Of a stretch of DNA of 39,722 nt, positions 39,669 to 39,722 are shown piece after piece; within the stretch, counting starts at the first letter, position 1, and each line of letters opens with the position of its first letter. The notes under the pieces are model-generated. The model was not told the origin of the DNA, searched no databases, and worked only from the letters and a program-made list of their open reading frames with translations. Position numbers and translations under genes: made by a program. Source of the DNA: a virus; the IMG/VR virus record IMGVR_UViG_3300009603_000006. The stretch is one strand, 5' to 3'.

Positions 39669-39722
39669 TATGGGGTGCAGGGGGTCGTAGGTTCAAATCC
39701 TACCGTCCCGACCAGAATTCCC
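39669..39722 (+). repeat. attR core: displaced, non-functional copy of the tRNA-Pro 3' portion
   Basis: It is identical to 1-54. The preceding sequence is GCCCATAT rather than the CCTGC needed for an anticodon stem, and no matching 5' acceptor (CGGGACG) lies upstream. Confidence 0.88.

Larger units (their letters stand above)
1..39722. mobile_element. Complete integrated temperate siphovirus-type prophage (lambdoid regulatory/replication layout, HK97-type head genes), attL to attR
   Basis: Identical 54-bp direct repeats lie at both ends. Int/Xis sit at the left end. Divergent repressor/cro, O/P-like replication, Q-like regulator, lysis, HNH-terminase-portal-protease-capsid, tail and cargo genes follow in canonical order. 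Confidence 0.9.

Noticed and set aside
39600-39722. Possibility that the right-end copy is the intact tRNA gene
   Set aside because: The sequence upstream of 39669 (…CGCGCCCATAT) cannot form the anticodon stem. No CGGGACG acceptor 5' strand or D-arm is present within the preceding ~40 nt.
1-39722. CRISPR arrays, rRNA genes, IS elements/transposases, and toxin-antitoxin or restriction-modification modules
   Set aside because: No regularly spaced repeat-spacer array, no transposase-like ORF with terminal inverted repeats, and no recognisable TA/RM/methylase motifs were seen in any listed translation. This absence is based on reading by eye only, not on searches.

Overview
The window is a single complete integrated temperate prophage of about 39.7 kb and roughly 59-60% GC. 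Identical 54-bp direct repeats sit at both window edges (1-54 = 39669-39722), and they are the 3' part of a tRNA-Pro(GGG) gene starting at its anticodon loop. From left to right the layout is as follows. attL, tyrosine integrase and excisionase come first. A ~8-kb leftward early operon follows, with about 27 tightly coupled small genes (ATGA/GTGA/TGATG overlaps). These include a DHH/DHHA1 phosphoesterase, a CsrA/RsmA homolog, a degenerate HNH_3 protein and a GerE/LuxR-type HTH protein. Next is an immunity switch with an S24 (LexA/CI-like) repressor divergent from a Cro/YdaS-like gene. After that comes a ~0.4-kb ORF-free, hairpin-rich spacer. The rightward early operon then carries RusA, a Rha/KilAC-like protein, a lambda O-like initiator with internal iterons, a lambda P-like loader and nin-type genes. 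A Q-like regulator follows, with a PR'-like promoter and two tandem terminators. The lysis cassette has a GH24 endolysin, two holin-like proteins and overlapping Rz/Rz1-like spanins. Packaging and head genes are HNH, a putative cos region, P27-type small terminase, large terminase, HK97-type portal, protease and capsid. The tail module has gpZ/U/V-like genes, a 1030-aa tape measure and large tip proteins. Two lower-GC secreted-protein cargo genes on the opposite strand sit just before attR. No CRISPR array, rRNA or transposon is present, and no obvious Bet/RecT/Erf, SSB or methylase gene was recognised. All functional calls rest on motifs I recognise in the supplied translations plus gene order; no database search was run. 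The parts least explained by standard annotation are listed here:
- the ORF-free structured region (11058-11454)
- the shared TTAC-N6-GTAA operators
- a 20-bp perfect palindrome with a second copy upstream of rusA
- the phage-borne CsrA and DHH genes
- the attR-proximal secreted cargo pair
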